Positions 1-9,373 are shown, numbered from the stretch's first letter. The stretch is DNA of 64,000 nucleotides from an uncultured Oscillospiraceae bacterium (GCA_964416065.1 CAYQCL010000001.1:18615-82614); one strand, 5' to 3'. Numbers and translations: made by a program. The notes: generated by a model not told the origin, from the sequence alone.

Positions 1-1252
1 TGCCGTGTTCGGCCGCCTCGTCGGCGGTAAAGTAAATCGCGCCGGTCGCGGCGCCCGGGGAAGCGGGCAGACCCTTGGCGATGACGGGCGCCTTCTTGAT
101 GGCGGCGGCGTCAAAGTTGGGGTGCAGCAGGCTGTCAAGCTGCTTGGGTTCGACCTTCAGAACGGCCTCCTCCTCGGAAAGCACACCCTCGTCCACCAGG
201 TCGACGGCAATCTTCAGAGCGGCGGCGGCGGTGCGCTTGCCGTTGCGGGTCTGAAGCATATAGAGCTTGCCGCGCTCGATGGTGTACTCCATGTCCTGCA
301 TATCGCGGTAGTGGGCTTCCAGCTTGTCGGCGATATCGATGAACTGCTGATAAACCTCGGGCATCTGCTCCTGGAGATGGGAGATGGGCTCCGGCGTACG
401 GATGCCGGCGACAACGTCCTCGCCCTGCGCGTTGAGCAGGTACTCGCCGTAGAGCTTCTTCTCACCGGTGGAGGGGTTGCGGGTGAAGGCAACGCCCGTG
501 CCGGAGGTCTCGCCCATGTTGCCGAAGACCATCGCCTGTACGTTGACGGCGGTGCCCCAGTCGCCCGGGATGTCGTTCATGCGGCGGTAGTAAATGGCGC
601 GGGGGTTGTCCCAGCTGCGGAACACGGCCTTGACGGCCTCCATCAGCTGCGTGGTGGGGTCCTGCGGGAAGTCCACGCCCATGTGCTTTTTATAGATTTC
701 CTTAAAGCGAACGACAACCTGCTTCAAATCCTCGGCGGACAGGTCGCGGTCGAACTTCACGCCCTTATTCTCCTTGAATTCGTCCAAAACGGCCTCGAAT
801 TCGCTCTTGGGGATCTCCATGACCACGTCGGAGAACATGGCGATGAAGCGGCGATAGGCATCGTAGGCGAAATGCTCGTTGTTGGTCAGCTTCGCCAGGC
901 CGATCACGGCCTTATCGGTCAGACCAAGGTTGAGGATGGTGTCCATCATGCCGGGCATGGAAGCGCGGGCGCCGGAGCGAACGGACACAAGGAAAGGGTT
1001 CTCCTCGTCGCCGAACTTCTTACCGGCGATTTTCTCGGTCTCGGCCATCGCGGCCAAAATCTGGTCAACGATATCCTGGCCGATCACCTTTCCGTCGGTG
1101 TAATAACGCGTGCAAGCCTCGGTGGTAACGGTGAAGCCCTGGGGCACAGGCATGCCAAGATTGGTCATTTCGGCCAGGTTGGCGCCCTTGCCGCCAAGCA
1201 GCTCACGCATGTTGGCATTGCCCTCTTTGAACAGGTATACATACTTTGCCAT
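1..1252 (-). CDS. ppdK: pyruvate, phosphate dikinase, N-terminal ~417 codons (rest runs off the left window edge)
   Basis: Absent from the ORF track because it is open at the window edge. The rc from 1252 reads ATG GCA AAG TAT GTA TAC CTG TTC AAA GAG GGC AAT GCC AAC ATG CGT GAG CTG CTT GGC GGC AAG GGC GCC AAC CTG GCC GAA ATG = MAKYVYLFKEGNANMRELLGGKGANLAEM..GMPVP, the canonical PPDK N-terminus. AGGAGG lies just upstream (rc of 1261-1270). The listed 5..1336 + ORF is its antisense shadow. Confidence 0.9.
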   Translation of the reverse strand, partial: MAKYVYLFKEGNANMRELLGGKGANLAEMTNLGMPVPQGFTVTTEACTRYYTDGKVIGQDIVDQILAAMAETEKIAGKKFGDEENPFLVSVRSGARASMPGMMDTILNLGLTDKAVIGLAKLTNNEHFAYDAYRRFIAMFSDVVMEIPKSEFEAVLDEFKENKGVKFDRDLSAEDLKQVVVRFKEIYKKHMGVDFPQDPTTQLMEAVKAVFRSWDNPRAIYYRRMNDIPGDWGTAVNVQAMVFGNMGETSGTGVAFTRNPSTGEKKLYGEYLLNAQGEDVVAGIRTPEPISHLQEQMPEVYQQFIDIADKLEAHYRDMQDMEYTIERGKLYMLQTRNGKRTAAAALKIAVDLVDEGVLSEEEAVLKVEPKQLDSLLHPNFDAAAIKKAPVIAKGLPASPGAATGAIYFTADEAAEHG

Positions 1253-1339
1253 AGAGTCGTCTTTCCTCCTCGTTCTTTTGGTGAGGACGAATCACCGGCG
1301 GAATCCCTCCCCAATGCTCATCCTTCCTCTAACTGATTC

Positions 1340-1368
1340 AGTATACACGGTTCTTGGAAAAATTTCAA
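1340..1368 (-). promoter_or_regulatory. candidate sigma70-type promoter for ppdK (TTGAAA-17-TATACT)
   Basis: On the minus strand, -35 TTGAAA is the rc of 1363-1368 and -10 TATACT is the rc of 1340-1345. The spacer is 17 nt and the promoter lies about 85 nt upstream of the ATG. Confidence 0.5.
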
Positions 1369-1593
1369 TATCCTTTTTGGCATATCTGGGCAGAAGGCCG
1401 CATAAGCGTTGCAGGCGGGACACGCCGTTTTACGGACAGGACGGCGTGATGACGGCGCATCCGCGCCGAGACGGTGCGAAATCGGGCACGGCTGGCGTAT
1501 TCTTGACACCCCTTCCGGCCAAGAATATAATGACCATATGAATGGCTGGCGCGGCTTAAGGCCGCGGAGAACAAGCGTGAGAGGGGCGTCGCC

Positions 1594-2658
1594 ATGGCGA
1601 TTCCATACAGCCGCACCATCTTTGGTGCGCTCCCCTGGTACAGCGTGCTGATCGTCTCGGGAATTCTCCTGGCCGTCTGGCTGGCGAGCCGTGAGGAAAA
1701 GCGGCTCGGACTGCCCGATGACACGGCGGTCGATCTCGCGCTGGTCGTTGTGCCGTGCGGCATCATAGGCGCAAGGCTTTATTATGTGGCGATGAAATGG
1801 GAACTGTTTTCTTCCAACCCGATTTCTGTTCTCTATATATGGGAGGGCGGGATCGCCATCTATGGCGCGGTCATCGGCGGCGCGCTCGGCGCGTTTGTGT
1901 ATGCCCGCGTGAAGAAGCTGCCCTTTTTGCGGCTGACGGATATTGTCGCGCCCGGGCTTCTCCTGGCTCAGGCGATCGGCCGGTGGGGCAATTACTTCAA
2001 CATGGAGGCCTATGGGCCGGAAATTGTCAACCCGCTGCTCCAATTTTTTCCGCTTGGCGTCCTGATCCCTCAGGGAGAGACCTACGTCTGGCATATGGCA
2101 ACGTTCTTTTATGAATCCATATGGAATCTCGCGGGCTTTGCCGCGCTGTGGAGGCTGCGCGTAAAACAGCGTGAGGATGGGAATGTGTTCCTTTGGTATC
2201 TGCTGATCTATGGAAGCGGACGGTTTATCATCGAACAGCTCCGCCAGGACAGCCTCTATGTGGGCGCTCTGCGCGCGTCGCAGTATCTAAGCCTCGCATT
2301 GTGCGCCGCGGCGGCCTGTGTGCTGCTGTGGCGTGCCGCGAGGGGGGAGAAAAAGCGCTTTTGGATGGGGATGGCATGCGCGGCGCTGTGGCTGGCGCGG
2401 TGGGCCTGCCTTGGAAGCCCATGGGCCTACGGCGTGCTGATGCTTGCCGCGCTGGGCGGCGCGATTGGAAGCCGCGCGCGCTCGGAGGGAATCGGATTGC
2501 GAATCGGGCTTGCCGCGCTGATGGACGCGCTGGGGCTGCTCGCGGCATGCGTCCAATGGCCGGTCTCGGCCGACTTCGCGCTGGGACTTCATACGCTTTT
2601 ATGCAGCGCGACGCTTCCGTGCTATGTGGGCGCGTTGTGTACGAGGAAAAATACGTAA
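1594..2658 (+). CDS. lgt: prolipoprotein diacylglyceryl transferase with an extra C-terminal membrane extension
   Basis: 354 aa, multi-pass membrane protein. It carries the Lgt signature AIGRWGNYFNMEAYG and WEGGIAIYGAVIGG. About 90 additional hydrophobic residues follow the usual Lgt end. Confidence 0.9.
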   Translation: MAIPYSRTIFGALPWYSVLIVSGILLAVWLASREEKRLGLPDDTAVDLALVVVPCGIIGARLYYVAMKWELFSSNPISVLYIWEGGIAIYGAVIGGALGAFVYARVKKLPFLRLTDIVAPGLLLAQAIGRWGNYFNMEAYGPEIVNPLLQFFPLGVLIPQGETYVWHMATFFYESIWNLAGFAALWRLRVKQREDGNVFLWYLLIYGSGRFIIEQLRQDSLYVGALRASQYLSLALCAAAACVLLWRAARGEKKRFWMGMACAALWLARWACLGSPWAYGVLMLAALGGAIGSRARSEGIGLRIGLAALMDALGLLAACVQWPVSADFALGLHTLLCSATLPCYVGALCTRKNT

Positions 2659-2676
2659 GAAAGGGAGGACTGCCGC

Positions 2677-3837
2677 ATGCCGGTCGGAGCCTTGAAAAAC
2701 ACGTTATACGGGATAGCGCTTCCGGTTTTGGGCAAGCGCTGTGAATGGAGACGGATGTCGGAAAAAAATGAGGCGCTGACCAGGGCGCTCAGGCGGCGTC
2801 ATGTCATCGGCGCGTGCGTGCAGCGCTTTGAGAAGGGGAAGCTCACTCAGGTCTATGCGGCGGGCTATGCCGCGCTGGAGCCCGAGAAGAGTAAGGTTAC
2901 GCCGCAAACGCTGTTTCGCACGGCCTCAATCGCGAAAATGGCGAGCGCGATGCTTGTTTTCCGCCTCCAAACGCTCGGAAGCCTGAGCGTAAAGGAGGAT
3001 ATCTCCGATTTTCTGGGATACCGCGTGCGCAATCCCTATTGCCCCGACGCGCCGATCACCCTTGGAATGCTCCTGAGCCACACGTCGGGCATCGTGGACA
3101 GCCCGGCCTATTTCGCGTCGTTTCATCAGCCGAGGGCACTTGAGGCGCTTTTGAAGGATGAGGCTGCCTTCCATCCATCGATCCCCGGCGCTGAATTCCG
3201 TTATAGCAATCTGGCGGCGGGCATGGTCGCGAGCCTCCTGGAAAAACGCTTTAACATCAGCTTTGAGGCGCTGATCCAGCGCGAGCTTTTGATCCCTCTC
3301 GGCATACGGGCGACCTATGACCTGACAAAGCTGGATATTGAGCGGACGGCGGACAGCTATCGCGTGCTTCCTCCGGCACGCGCCTTTGATGCGAAAATGC
3401 GCTGGAGGACGGCGGTGCCGATGGACGCGCCTGATCCGGAGCATCGCTATCTGCCGGCGGCGGGCGGACTGTTCCTGACGGCAACGGAACTGGCAAAGCT
3501 GGCGCTTGCCGCCTGGAACGGAGAAAATGGCTTCTTAAATGAGGAAGCCCTTACGCAAATGCGAACCCCCATCGCGGGCTGGCCGGATCAGGCCGTCCAT
3601 ATGCGCCATGGTATGGGGCTTCTGGTTTTGGAGGATGAGAAGGTGTGCTCAAGGACGCTATGGGGACACCAGGGCTTTGCCTATGGCGCGGTGAACGGCG
3701 TGTTCTTCGACGGGCAGGGAAGCGGCTTTGCCATGCTCAACAGCGGCGCGAGCGAGCAGCGCGTCGGTCATCTGGCGCTACTGAATCGTGACCTTATCTC
3801 ACTTTTGACGGATGAAGAGGGAGGCGAGGAAGCGTGA
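2677..3837 (+). CDS. serine hydrolase, beta-lactamase/PBP4*-like family
   Basis: Contains SxxK (TASIAKM), YxN (RYSNLAAG) and an HxG box (WGHQGFAYG). The RBS AAAGGGAGG lies 8 nt before the ATG at 2677. Confidence 0.8.
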   Translation: MPVGALKNTLYGIALPVLGKRCEWRRMSEKNEALTRALRRRHVIGACVQRFEKGKLTQVYAAGYAALEPEKSKVTPQTLFRTASIAKMASAMLVFRLQTLGSLSVKEDISDFLGYRVRNPYCPDAPITLGMLLSHTSGIVDSPAYFASFHQPRALEALLKDEAAFHPSIPGAEFRYSNLAAGMVASLLEKRFNISFEALIQRELLIPLGIRATYDLTKLDIERTADSYRVLPPARAFDAKMRWRTAVPMDAPDPEHRYLPAAGGLFLTATELAKLALAAWNGENGFLNEEALTQMRTPIAGWPDQAVHMRHGMGLLVLEDEKVCSRTLWGHQGFAYGAVNGVFFDGQGSGFAMLNSGASEQRVGHLALLNRDLISLLTDEEGGEEA

Positions 3838-4472
3838 AGGAGCGCGTATGCGAGATCACGGAGAGCGGGAGGGGGACGCTGATAGCCTTTGAAAGCGGCG
3901 AGACACTGTGGCTCAGCCGTGATAGCTGGCGCGAACATCCCACCATCCTTGTGGACAGCGAGGAAGATTTGGATGAGCTCAAGAGCTGGCTCCTTCCCCG
4001 TCAGTATCCCGAAGCGCTCGAATATGCCGTCAGCCTTCTGGCCATGCGCGCCCGCTCAAGCGGGGAAATTCGTCAAAAGCTTAAGGCGCGCAGGTATATG
4101 GAGGACACCGTCGAAATGGTGCTGTACAAGCTGGAAAAGGAGCGCCTGCTGGACGACGAGGCGTTTGCGCGTGAATGGGCGGCGTCCCGCGCGCGGGGGC
4201 AGATGGGAAAAAGCCGGATCATGCGGGAGCTCCGGTACAAAGGGATTAGTCGTGAAACGTGCGAACAGGTGCTTGAGGCGCTCGACAGGGAGGAAGGCGA
4301 CGCGGCGGCCCAGGAGCTTGCGATGAAGCTGCTTCGGCGCTACGAAAAAGAGACGGACAAACGAAAGGCCATGGGCAAGCTACTGGCCGCCATGGCCCGA
4401 CGGGGCTACGGATATGATGACACGCGCAGGGCCGTCGAAGCGGCGCTTGCGCGCACGGAGGAAGAGCTATAA
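3834..4472 (+). CDS. recX: recombination regulator RecX
   Basis: 212 aa with repeated three-helix modules: RSSGEIRQKLKARRY, EDTVEMVLYKLEKERLLDDEAFAREWA, KSRIMRELRYKGISRE. The GTG start overlaps the upstream stop (GTGA); an ATG at 3848 is an alternative start. Confidence 0.75.
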   Translation: MKERVCEITESGRGTLIAFESGETLWLSRDSWREHPTILVDSEEDLDELKSWLLPRQYPEALEYAVSLLAMRARSSGEIRQKLKARRYMEDTVEMVLYKLEKERLLDDEAFAREWAASRARGQMGKSRIMRELRYKGISRETCEQVLEALDREEGDAAAQELAMKLLRRYEKETDKRKAMGKLLAAMARRGYGYDDTRRAVEAALARTEEEL

Positions 4473-4954
4473 CGCTTTGACATAGCGCAGCACGTATTCC
4501 GGAGTTTCCGGCTCCAACATCCGTGCGCCGTTGTGCCGGAAGCCAAAGTGTTCATATACAGCTCTGGCACGCTCGTTTTTTTCAAGCACCCACAGGACGA
4601 CGGATGACACCCCGCGCTGTTGCGCCTCCTGAAGGAAGTCGCGCAGCATCCTGGCGCCATAGCCCATGCTCTGGAAGAATGGATCCACATAGAAGGTTAA
4701 AAGCCGTGTACTGTTTTATAGACATCACCCGGCGCGAAGGAAAAACGCATCACGCCGCGCACGATTCCGTCATCATAGACGTGATATTCGTCCAGACCGC
4801 GCTCCTTAAGCAGCTCCCGGGCGAGCGGGGCGACCTGCAATTCATTGAACAAAACGTCGTCGTTATGAAAAATGGACCGATACGAGGTGCACTTGGCAAA
4901 GACCAGAGTTTCCGCGATGCGGGAGGCGTCTGACGATACGGCGGGTCGAAGCAC
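4467..4954 (-). pseudogene. GNAT-family N-acetyltransferase interrupted by one frameshift
   Basis: The N-terminal part starts at GTG 4954 with RBS AAAGGAGG and ends ...DVYKTVHGF* at 4697. The C-terminal part in the neighbouring frame reads RLLTFYVDPFFQSMGYGARMLRDFLQEAQQRGVSSVVLWVLEKNERARAVYEHFGF, the GNAT acetyl-CoA motif A. Adding one nt in the T4 run (plus-strand aaaa 4699-4702) joins them as ...HGFLTFYVDP.... Confidence 0.65.
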
Positions 4955-4967
4955 GGACTTGCCTCCT

Positions 4968-5351
4968 TTATTTGGCGGACAGATAGGGATCCTCCTGCAC
5001 ATGACGGCGGATGGCGTCGAATGTCTCGTCGCTTAAGTCGTGCTCAATCTTGCAGGCGTCGGCGCGGGCGACGTCCTCGCTGACGCCCAGACGGATGAGA
5101 AATTTGCTCAGAAGATTATGGCGCTCCAGCATACGTTGGGCAATCGCCTCGCCTTGCTCGGTCAGCGTAATGCGGTTATCATCGCCCATGAGAATATAGC
5201 CGTTTTCGCGCAGACGCTTCATAGCGAAGCTGACAGACGGCTTGGTAACGCCCAGATGGGCGGCGATATCCACCGAGCGGGCGGAGCCATGCTCCAGACA
5301 GAGCATCAGGATGGACTCCAAATAATCTTCTGCCGATTCGTGAATGTTCAT
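4968..5351 (-). CDS. mntR: DtxR/MntR-family metal-dependent transcriptional repressor
   Basis: Reads SAEDYLESILML, then the HTH SVDIAAHLGVTKPSVSFAMKRLRENGYI, then LERHNLLSKFL and KIEHDLSDET, which are the DtxR-type metal ligands. The ATG at 5351 is preceded by AAAGGAGG. Divergent from mntP. Confidence 0.85.
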   Translation of the reverse strand: MNIHESAEDYLESILMLCLEHGSARSVDIAAHLGVTKPSVSFAMKRLRENGYILMGDDNRITLTEQGEAIAQRMLERHNLLSKFLIRLGVSEDVARADACKIEHDLSDETFDAIRRHVQEDPYLSAK

Positions 5352-5464
5352 CAAAAAAACCTCCTTTTTGACGATGCGCGGTGGGGCGGTATGTTGGCAA
5401 AGACGCCTGAATATCCTCCACTACGACGTTTCGGACGCTCGATACAAGCGGGGAGTTGAAAGGG

Positions 5465-6031
5465 ATGGAAGGATGGCTGATCGCCATTGGACTTTCGATG
5501 GACGCCTTTGCCGTCGCGCTGTGCAAAGGGCTTGGCATGCGCAGGATCAACTATGGCCATGCGTTGATCATCGCGCTCTTCTTCGGCGCGTTCCAGGGAA
5601 TGATGCCACTTGTGGGCTGGCTGTTGGGCACGCGGCTGGCGGGATATATCACGCCGGTAGATCATTGGATTGCCTTTGTCCTGCTTTCCTATATCGGAGG
5701 TAAAATGATCTGGGATGCCTGCCATGAGGACGGCGAGAAAATGGAAGCCTCTCGCTTGGAGCCCGCACTTGAGCTTCGCGAACTGACCGTGCTGGCCGTT
5801 GCCACCAGCATCGACGCGCTGGCCGTGGGAATTACATTCGCTTTTCTTGGTATCAAAATCCTGCCGGCGGCCGCAACGATCGCAGCGGTCGCCTTTGCAC
5901 TATCCTTTGGCGGCGTGGTTATCGGCAACCGCTTTGGCACACGATTTCAAAAAAAGACCGAAATCACGGGCGGGGTAGTTTTGATTCTGATCGGGATCAA
6001 AACGCTTCTGGAGCACCTGGGCATTTTCTAA
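5465..6031 (+). CDS. mntP: manganese efflux pump MntP
   Basis: Has two halves with the MntP/DUF204 motif (LSMDAFAVAL and TSIDALAVGITF) and six predicted TM helices. The start is ATG 5465; the in-frame TTG at 5456 is also possible. Confidence 0.85.
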   Translation: MEGWLIAIGLSMDAFAVALCKGLGMRRINYGHALIIALFFGAFQGMMPLVGWLLGTRLAGYITPVDHWIAFVLLSYIGGKMIWDACHEDGEKMEASRLEPALELRELTVLAVATSIDALAVGITFAFLGIKILPAAATIAAVAFALSFGGVVIGNRFGTRFQKKTEITGGVVLILIGIKTLLEHLGIF

Positions 6032-6240
6032 CGCTCGTTTTTCTCATCGCTCGCAGGACTGTCGAAGTTCGGCACAAACCAATCGGTTTCCCTGAGGCTT
6101 TTAAGCTGTTCGCGGGAAATCACGGTGTTGGTGCCCAGGCAGGCGTTGCAGCGATAGCCGCACTCGGGACAGACGCAGGCCATTTGGTCAGTCTCAGATT
6201 GAACCATGTATGCCTCGCAGTGGGGACATCCGCAACGCAT
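6028..6240 (-). CDS. small Cys-rich zinc-ribbon protein (hypothetical)
   Basis: 70 aa from ATG 6240, with RBS GAAGGAGG 7 nt upstream. It reads MRCGCPHCEAYM...ACVCPECGYRCNAC, a duplicated CxCPxC motif. The track's longer 89-aa version lacks an RBS. Confidence 0.5.
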   Translation of the reverse strand: MRCGCPHCEAYMVQSETDQMACVCPECGYRCNACLGTNTVISREQLKSLRETDWFVPNFDSPASDEKNER

Positions 6241-6345
6241 GCAAACCCGCCTCCTTCTGAATAAAGCCATTATAGCACACCCCATGGCGAAACGCAAAGA
6301 AATGTGCTATACTACTCCCAGACTGAGGCGAATGGAGGAATGACG

Positions 6346-6741
6346 ATGCGGAGGGGCAAGCGGAGAACGTTAGGGGTGATTTGTCTGGCGGCGCTTGTTC
6401 TTCTTTGCGGCTGCAAGCAGAATCCGTCGCAGGAAAGGCTCTATTCCAAGCTGCTCGCGCATTTTGAGGAATGTGGCTATGCCTGTGAGCTTGCGCCGCT
6501 TTCGGACGCCGAACAGGATGTCCCGATTGACAGCGCCAGCGCGTGGACGAGCCTTTGGCTCGATAACGAGCACGAGATTCTGGTTTATTTCGACGAAAGC
6601 AATCGCGCGGATTACCTGAGCGGGCGAATTGATCAGGATCAATACGGGCTCGTTACGCGCTTCGGGCTTCGCTTCGTGCTGATTTATCAGGGCGACGACG
6701 AGAATGTGGTGAAGGCACTCGAGAGGATACAAAATGATTAG
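6346..6741 (+). CDS. putative lipoprotein (hypothetical)
   Basis: Starts MRRGKRRTLGVICLAALVLLCGC: a basic n-region, a hydrophobic core and a lipobox-like LLCGC. GGAGGA lies 6 nt before ATG 6346. Confidence 0.6.
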   Translation: MRRGKRRTLGVICLAALVLLCGCKQNPSQERLYSKLLAHFEECGYACELAPLSDAEQDVPIDSASAWTSLWLDNEHEILVYFDESNRADYLSGRIDQDQYGLVTRFGLRFVLIYQGDDENVVKALERIQND

Positions 6742-6785
6742 ATTGATAAAAACGCGAGACCGCATGGCCCCGCGCTTTTTATACC

Positions 6786-7673
6786 TTACCGCTCGCGCCT
6801 ATCACCCCAGAAGAACAGAGCCACGGTGCCCGGGCCGGTATGGCTTCCGATGGTGGTGCCGATGGTGTTGATGAGAACCTTGCCGTTAAGCTTGGGGAAG
6901 CGTTCCTCCACAAGCTTTGCGACGGCCTGCGCGTCTTCAAGGCAAGCGGACTGGCAGATGTAACACTTACCGCTGTAATCGAGGCCATCCTCCGCGTGCT
7001 CGGCCATCCGATCCACGATTTCACGAATGACCTTGTTTTTGCCGCGAATCTTGAAGCGGGGAATGAGACGGCCCAGGTCATCCATATTGAGCAGCGGGCA
7101 GATCTTGAGCACGGTCCCAAACCAGCCGCTGGCCTTGGAAATGCGGCCGCCCTTAACATAAAAGGTGAGGTCGGTGGAGAAGAACCAATGGTGGAGGTTG
7201 AGCTTGTTCTCCTCGGCCCAGGCATGCAGATCGTCAAGCGACATGCCCTCGTCGCGCAGATCGGCCAGCTTGTCCATAAACAGGCCGTAGCCGGAGGAAG
7301 CGCCCAGGGAATCGACGACGTAAATTTTACGGTCCGGATATTTTGTCATCAGCTCGTCGCGAGCGATGTTCGCGGAGTTGCTCGCTCCGGAGATGCCGCT
7401 GGACAGAGAAACGTGCAAAATGTCCAGTCCCTGCTCCAGAAACGGAGTAAAATACGCGACGAATTCCTCCACGTTCACCTGAGAGGTATGGGTTTGCGCG
7501 CCATCGGCCATCGCCTGATAAAATTTATCAAATGGCATCGACTTTCCCAGATCGTCATCATATGTGACGCCGTTCAGCGAATAGTGGAAGCACACGTAAT
7601 GGATATCGCGGGAGAGAAAGTGCTGCTCACTCAGATCGGCGGTGGAACAGCAACTGAGAATGTAATGAGCCAT
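6786..7673 (-). CDS. DegV-family fatty-acid-binding protein
   Basis: Reads STADLSEQ... VSLSSGISGASNSA ... TTIGSHTGPGTVALFF, typical of DegV. I place the start at MAHYIL (7673) after AAAGGTG; 7703 is possible. Confidence 0.85.
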   Translation of the reverse strand: MAHYILSCCSTADLSEQHFLSRDIHYVCFHYSLNGVTYDDDLGKSMPFDKFYQAMADGAQTHTSQVNVEEFVAYFTPFLEQGLDILHVSLSSGISGASNSANIARDELMTKYPDRKIYVVDSLGASSGYGLFMDKLADLRDEGMSLDDLHAWAEENKLNLHHWFFSTDLTFYVKGGRISKASGWFGTVLKICPLLNMDDLGRLIPRFKIRGKNKVIREIVDRMAEHAEDGLDYSGKCYICQSACLEDAQAVAKLVEERFPKLNGKVLINTIGTTIGSHTGPGTVALFFWGDRRER

Positions 7674-7754
7674 TGGATTCACACACCTTTCATCATCTGT
7701 CATTTGTTATCGCCCCAAGGGACGTTTGTTAATATCGACTCATTATTTCGCCCT

Positions 7755-8570
7755 TCAAACAAAGGAATCCTTCCTAAAATTTGAATCCTTTTCATAGTAG
7801 ACGCGCGTCAGCTCCAGCCCGCAGGCGGGAGCGGTGACGCCAAGCACCAGTCGATCCTTGGTTTCAAGCGCGCGTGAAAAGGCATCGGGCGCGAGACGGC
7901 CCATACCGATGTCCAGCATAGTGCCCGCGATGATGCGTACCATATTATACAGAAACGCGTTGCCCTCCACAATGAGCGTCAGCTCGTCGCCATCGTGGAA
8001 AAGCCGAACCGCCGAAAGCGTTCGCACGGTTGTTTTGGCCGTGCCACCCGCCGCCTGAAACGCTGCGAAATCATGCGTTCCCAGAAGCGCGCCGAGGCTT
8101 TCTTGCATGAGAGGCACGTCCAGTCTCTGTGGCACATGTGCGGTGAAATGCCGGTACAACGCGCTGGCGTGCGGCGCGTTGTGGACGCGGTAGGTGTAAC
8201 GCTTGCCTCGGGCATCAAAGCGCGCGTGAAAATCGGAAGGAACCTCGCGACCGCTCAATACACGGATGTCTTCGGGCAGGCAGGTGTTGAGCGCGAAAGG
8301 ATACTTGTCTGGCGGAATATGGCTTTTGGTATTGAAGTGCGCCTGCTGGCCCAGCGCGTGGACGCCCGCGTCGGTACGGCTGGCGCCGGTTACGCGGATG
8401 TGCTCGCCGGTGAGGCGAAAAAGCGCCTCTTCCAATCGCTGCTGTACGGCTACGGCGTTTTCCTGAAGCTGCCACCCCGCGTAAGCGGTTCCGTCATAGC
8501 TGAGGGTGAGCAGGATCCGGCGCGTGCCCTCAGGCGGGGGCGTTCTTTGAATGGGAGGAAGCGAGGTCAT
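7755..8570 (-). CDS. truA: tRNA pseudouridine(38-40) synthase
   Basis: Reads LTLSYDGTAYAGWQLQ and SRTDAGVHALGQ, which holds the catalytic Asp. The ATG at 8570 overlaps the ecfT stop (ATGA). Confidence 0.9.
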   Translation of the reverse strand: MTSLPPIQRTPPPEGTRRILLTLSYDGTAYAGWQLQENAVAVQQRLEEALFRLTGEHIRVTGASRTDAGVHALGQQAHFNTKSHIPPDKYPFALNTCLPEDIRVLSGREVPSDFHARFDARGKRYTYRVHNAPHASALYRHFTAHVPQRLDVPLMQESLGALLGTHDFAAFQAAGGTAKTTVRTLSAVRLFHDGDELTLIVEGNAFLYNMVRIIAGTMLDIGMGRLAPDAFSRALETKDRLVLGVTAPACGLELTRVYYEKDSNFRKDSFV

Positions 8571-9373
8571 CCGATCCACTTCCCCGCGAAGATGGTGACA
8601 AGCAGCGTAAGCACCGTTACCAGAAGCGCCCATCCGTCGTTTTTCGTGTACCGAAGCACACGCAGACGGGTACGCCCTTCGCCGCCATGATAGCAGCGCG
8701 CCTCCATGGCCATGGCGAGATCGCCCGCGCGACGGAAGGCGCTGACGAACAGCGGCACCAGCAGAGGAATCATTGCCTTGGCGCGCTTGATCAGATTGCC
8801 GCTTTCAAAGTCCGCGCCGCGCGCCATCTGGGCCTTCATGATCTTGTCCGCCTCCTCGATCAGCGTGGGGATGAAGCGAAGCGCGATCGTCATCATCATC
8901 GCCAGCTCATGGGCGGGAAAATGGATGACCTTAAGGGGCTTGAGCAAGAGCTCGATGCCGTCGCTCAAGGCGACGGGCGAGGTTGTCAGCGTAAGAATGG
9001 AGGTGCCGGCCACCAAAAAGATCAGGCGCATGCTGAAATGGACGGCGGTCAAAAAGCCCTCCCTCGTAATTTTGAGAACGCCCCATTGCAGCCAGATCGT
9101 CGTGCCGCTGGAAAAAAAGAGGTTGAGAAAGAAGGTAAGGATCAGCAGGAAGCGTAGCGGCTTGACAGATTTCAGCAGCTGCTTGGGCGAAAGCCCCGCC
9201 ATTTTGGATATCGCCAGAAGATACGCCAGGGGGATCAGATACCAGATCGGGCTGGTTACACAGAAGATGATGGCGATATAAAAGATGGTGAGAATGATCT
9301 TCATGCGGGGATCCAGCCGGTGGATGACTGTGTCCCCCGGCATGTACTGCCCCAGGGTGATATCCCTCAGCAT
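8567..9373 (-). CDS. ecfT: ECF transporter transmembrane component EcfT
   Basis: 268-aa membrane protein with the coupling-helix motif IALRFIPTLIEEADKIMKAQMARGADF. Confidence 0.9.
   Translation of the reverse strand: MLRDITLGQYMPGDTVIHRLDPRMKIILTIFYIAIIFCVTSPIWYLIPLAYLLAISKMAGLSPKQLLKSVKPLRFLLILTFFLNLFFSSGTTIWLQWGVLKITREGFLTAVHFSMRLIFLVAGTSILTLTTSPVALSDGIELLLKPLKVIHFPAHELAMMMTIALRFIPTLIEEADKIMKAQMARGADFESGNLIKRAKAMIPLLVPLFVSAFRRAGDLAMAMEARCYHGGEGRTRLRVLRYTKNDGWALLVTVLTLLVTIFAGKWIG

Noticed and set aside
5-1336. 443-aa plus-strand ORF covering the left end of the window
   Set aside because: The translation is Gly/Ala/Val/Leu/His-rich with no motifs. The opposite strand encodes an unmistakable PPDK N-terminus with an RBS. 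It is an antisense shadow ORF typical of high-GC DNA.
5355-5464. Possible yybP-ykoY (Mn2+) riboswitch in the mntP leader, suggested by GGGGAGT near 5450 and TTGGCAAAGAC near 5390
   Set aside because: The two conserved elements are in the wrong order for the riboswitch, which has GGGGAGUAG 5' and the GCAAGAC-like element 3'. The GGGGAG sits where the RBS should be, and I could not draw the four-way junction. Control by the divergent MntR is the simpler reading. A covariance-model scan (RF00080) would settle it.
6742-6785. Possible bidirectional terminator between the lipoprotein gene and degV (aaaaacgcgag...ccgcgcttttt)
   Set aside because: The arms pair only over about 4-5 bp with mismatches. 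I could not draw a stable stem.
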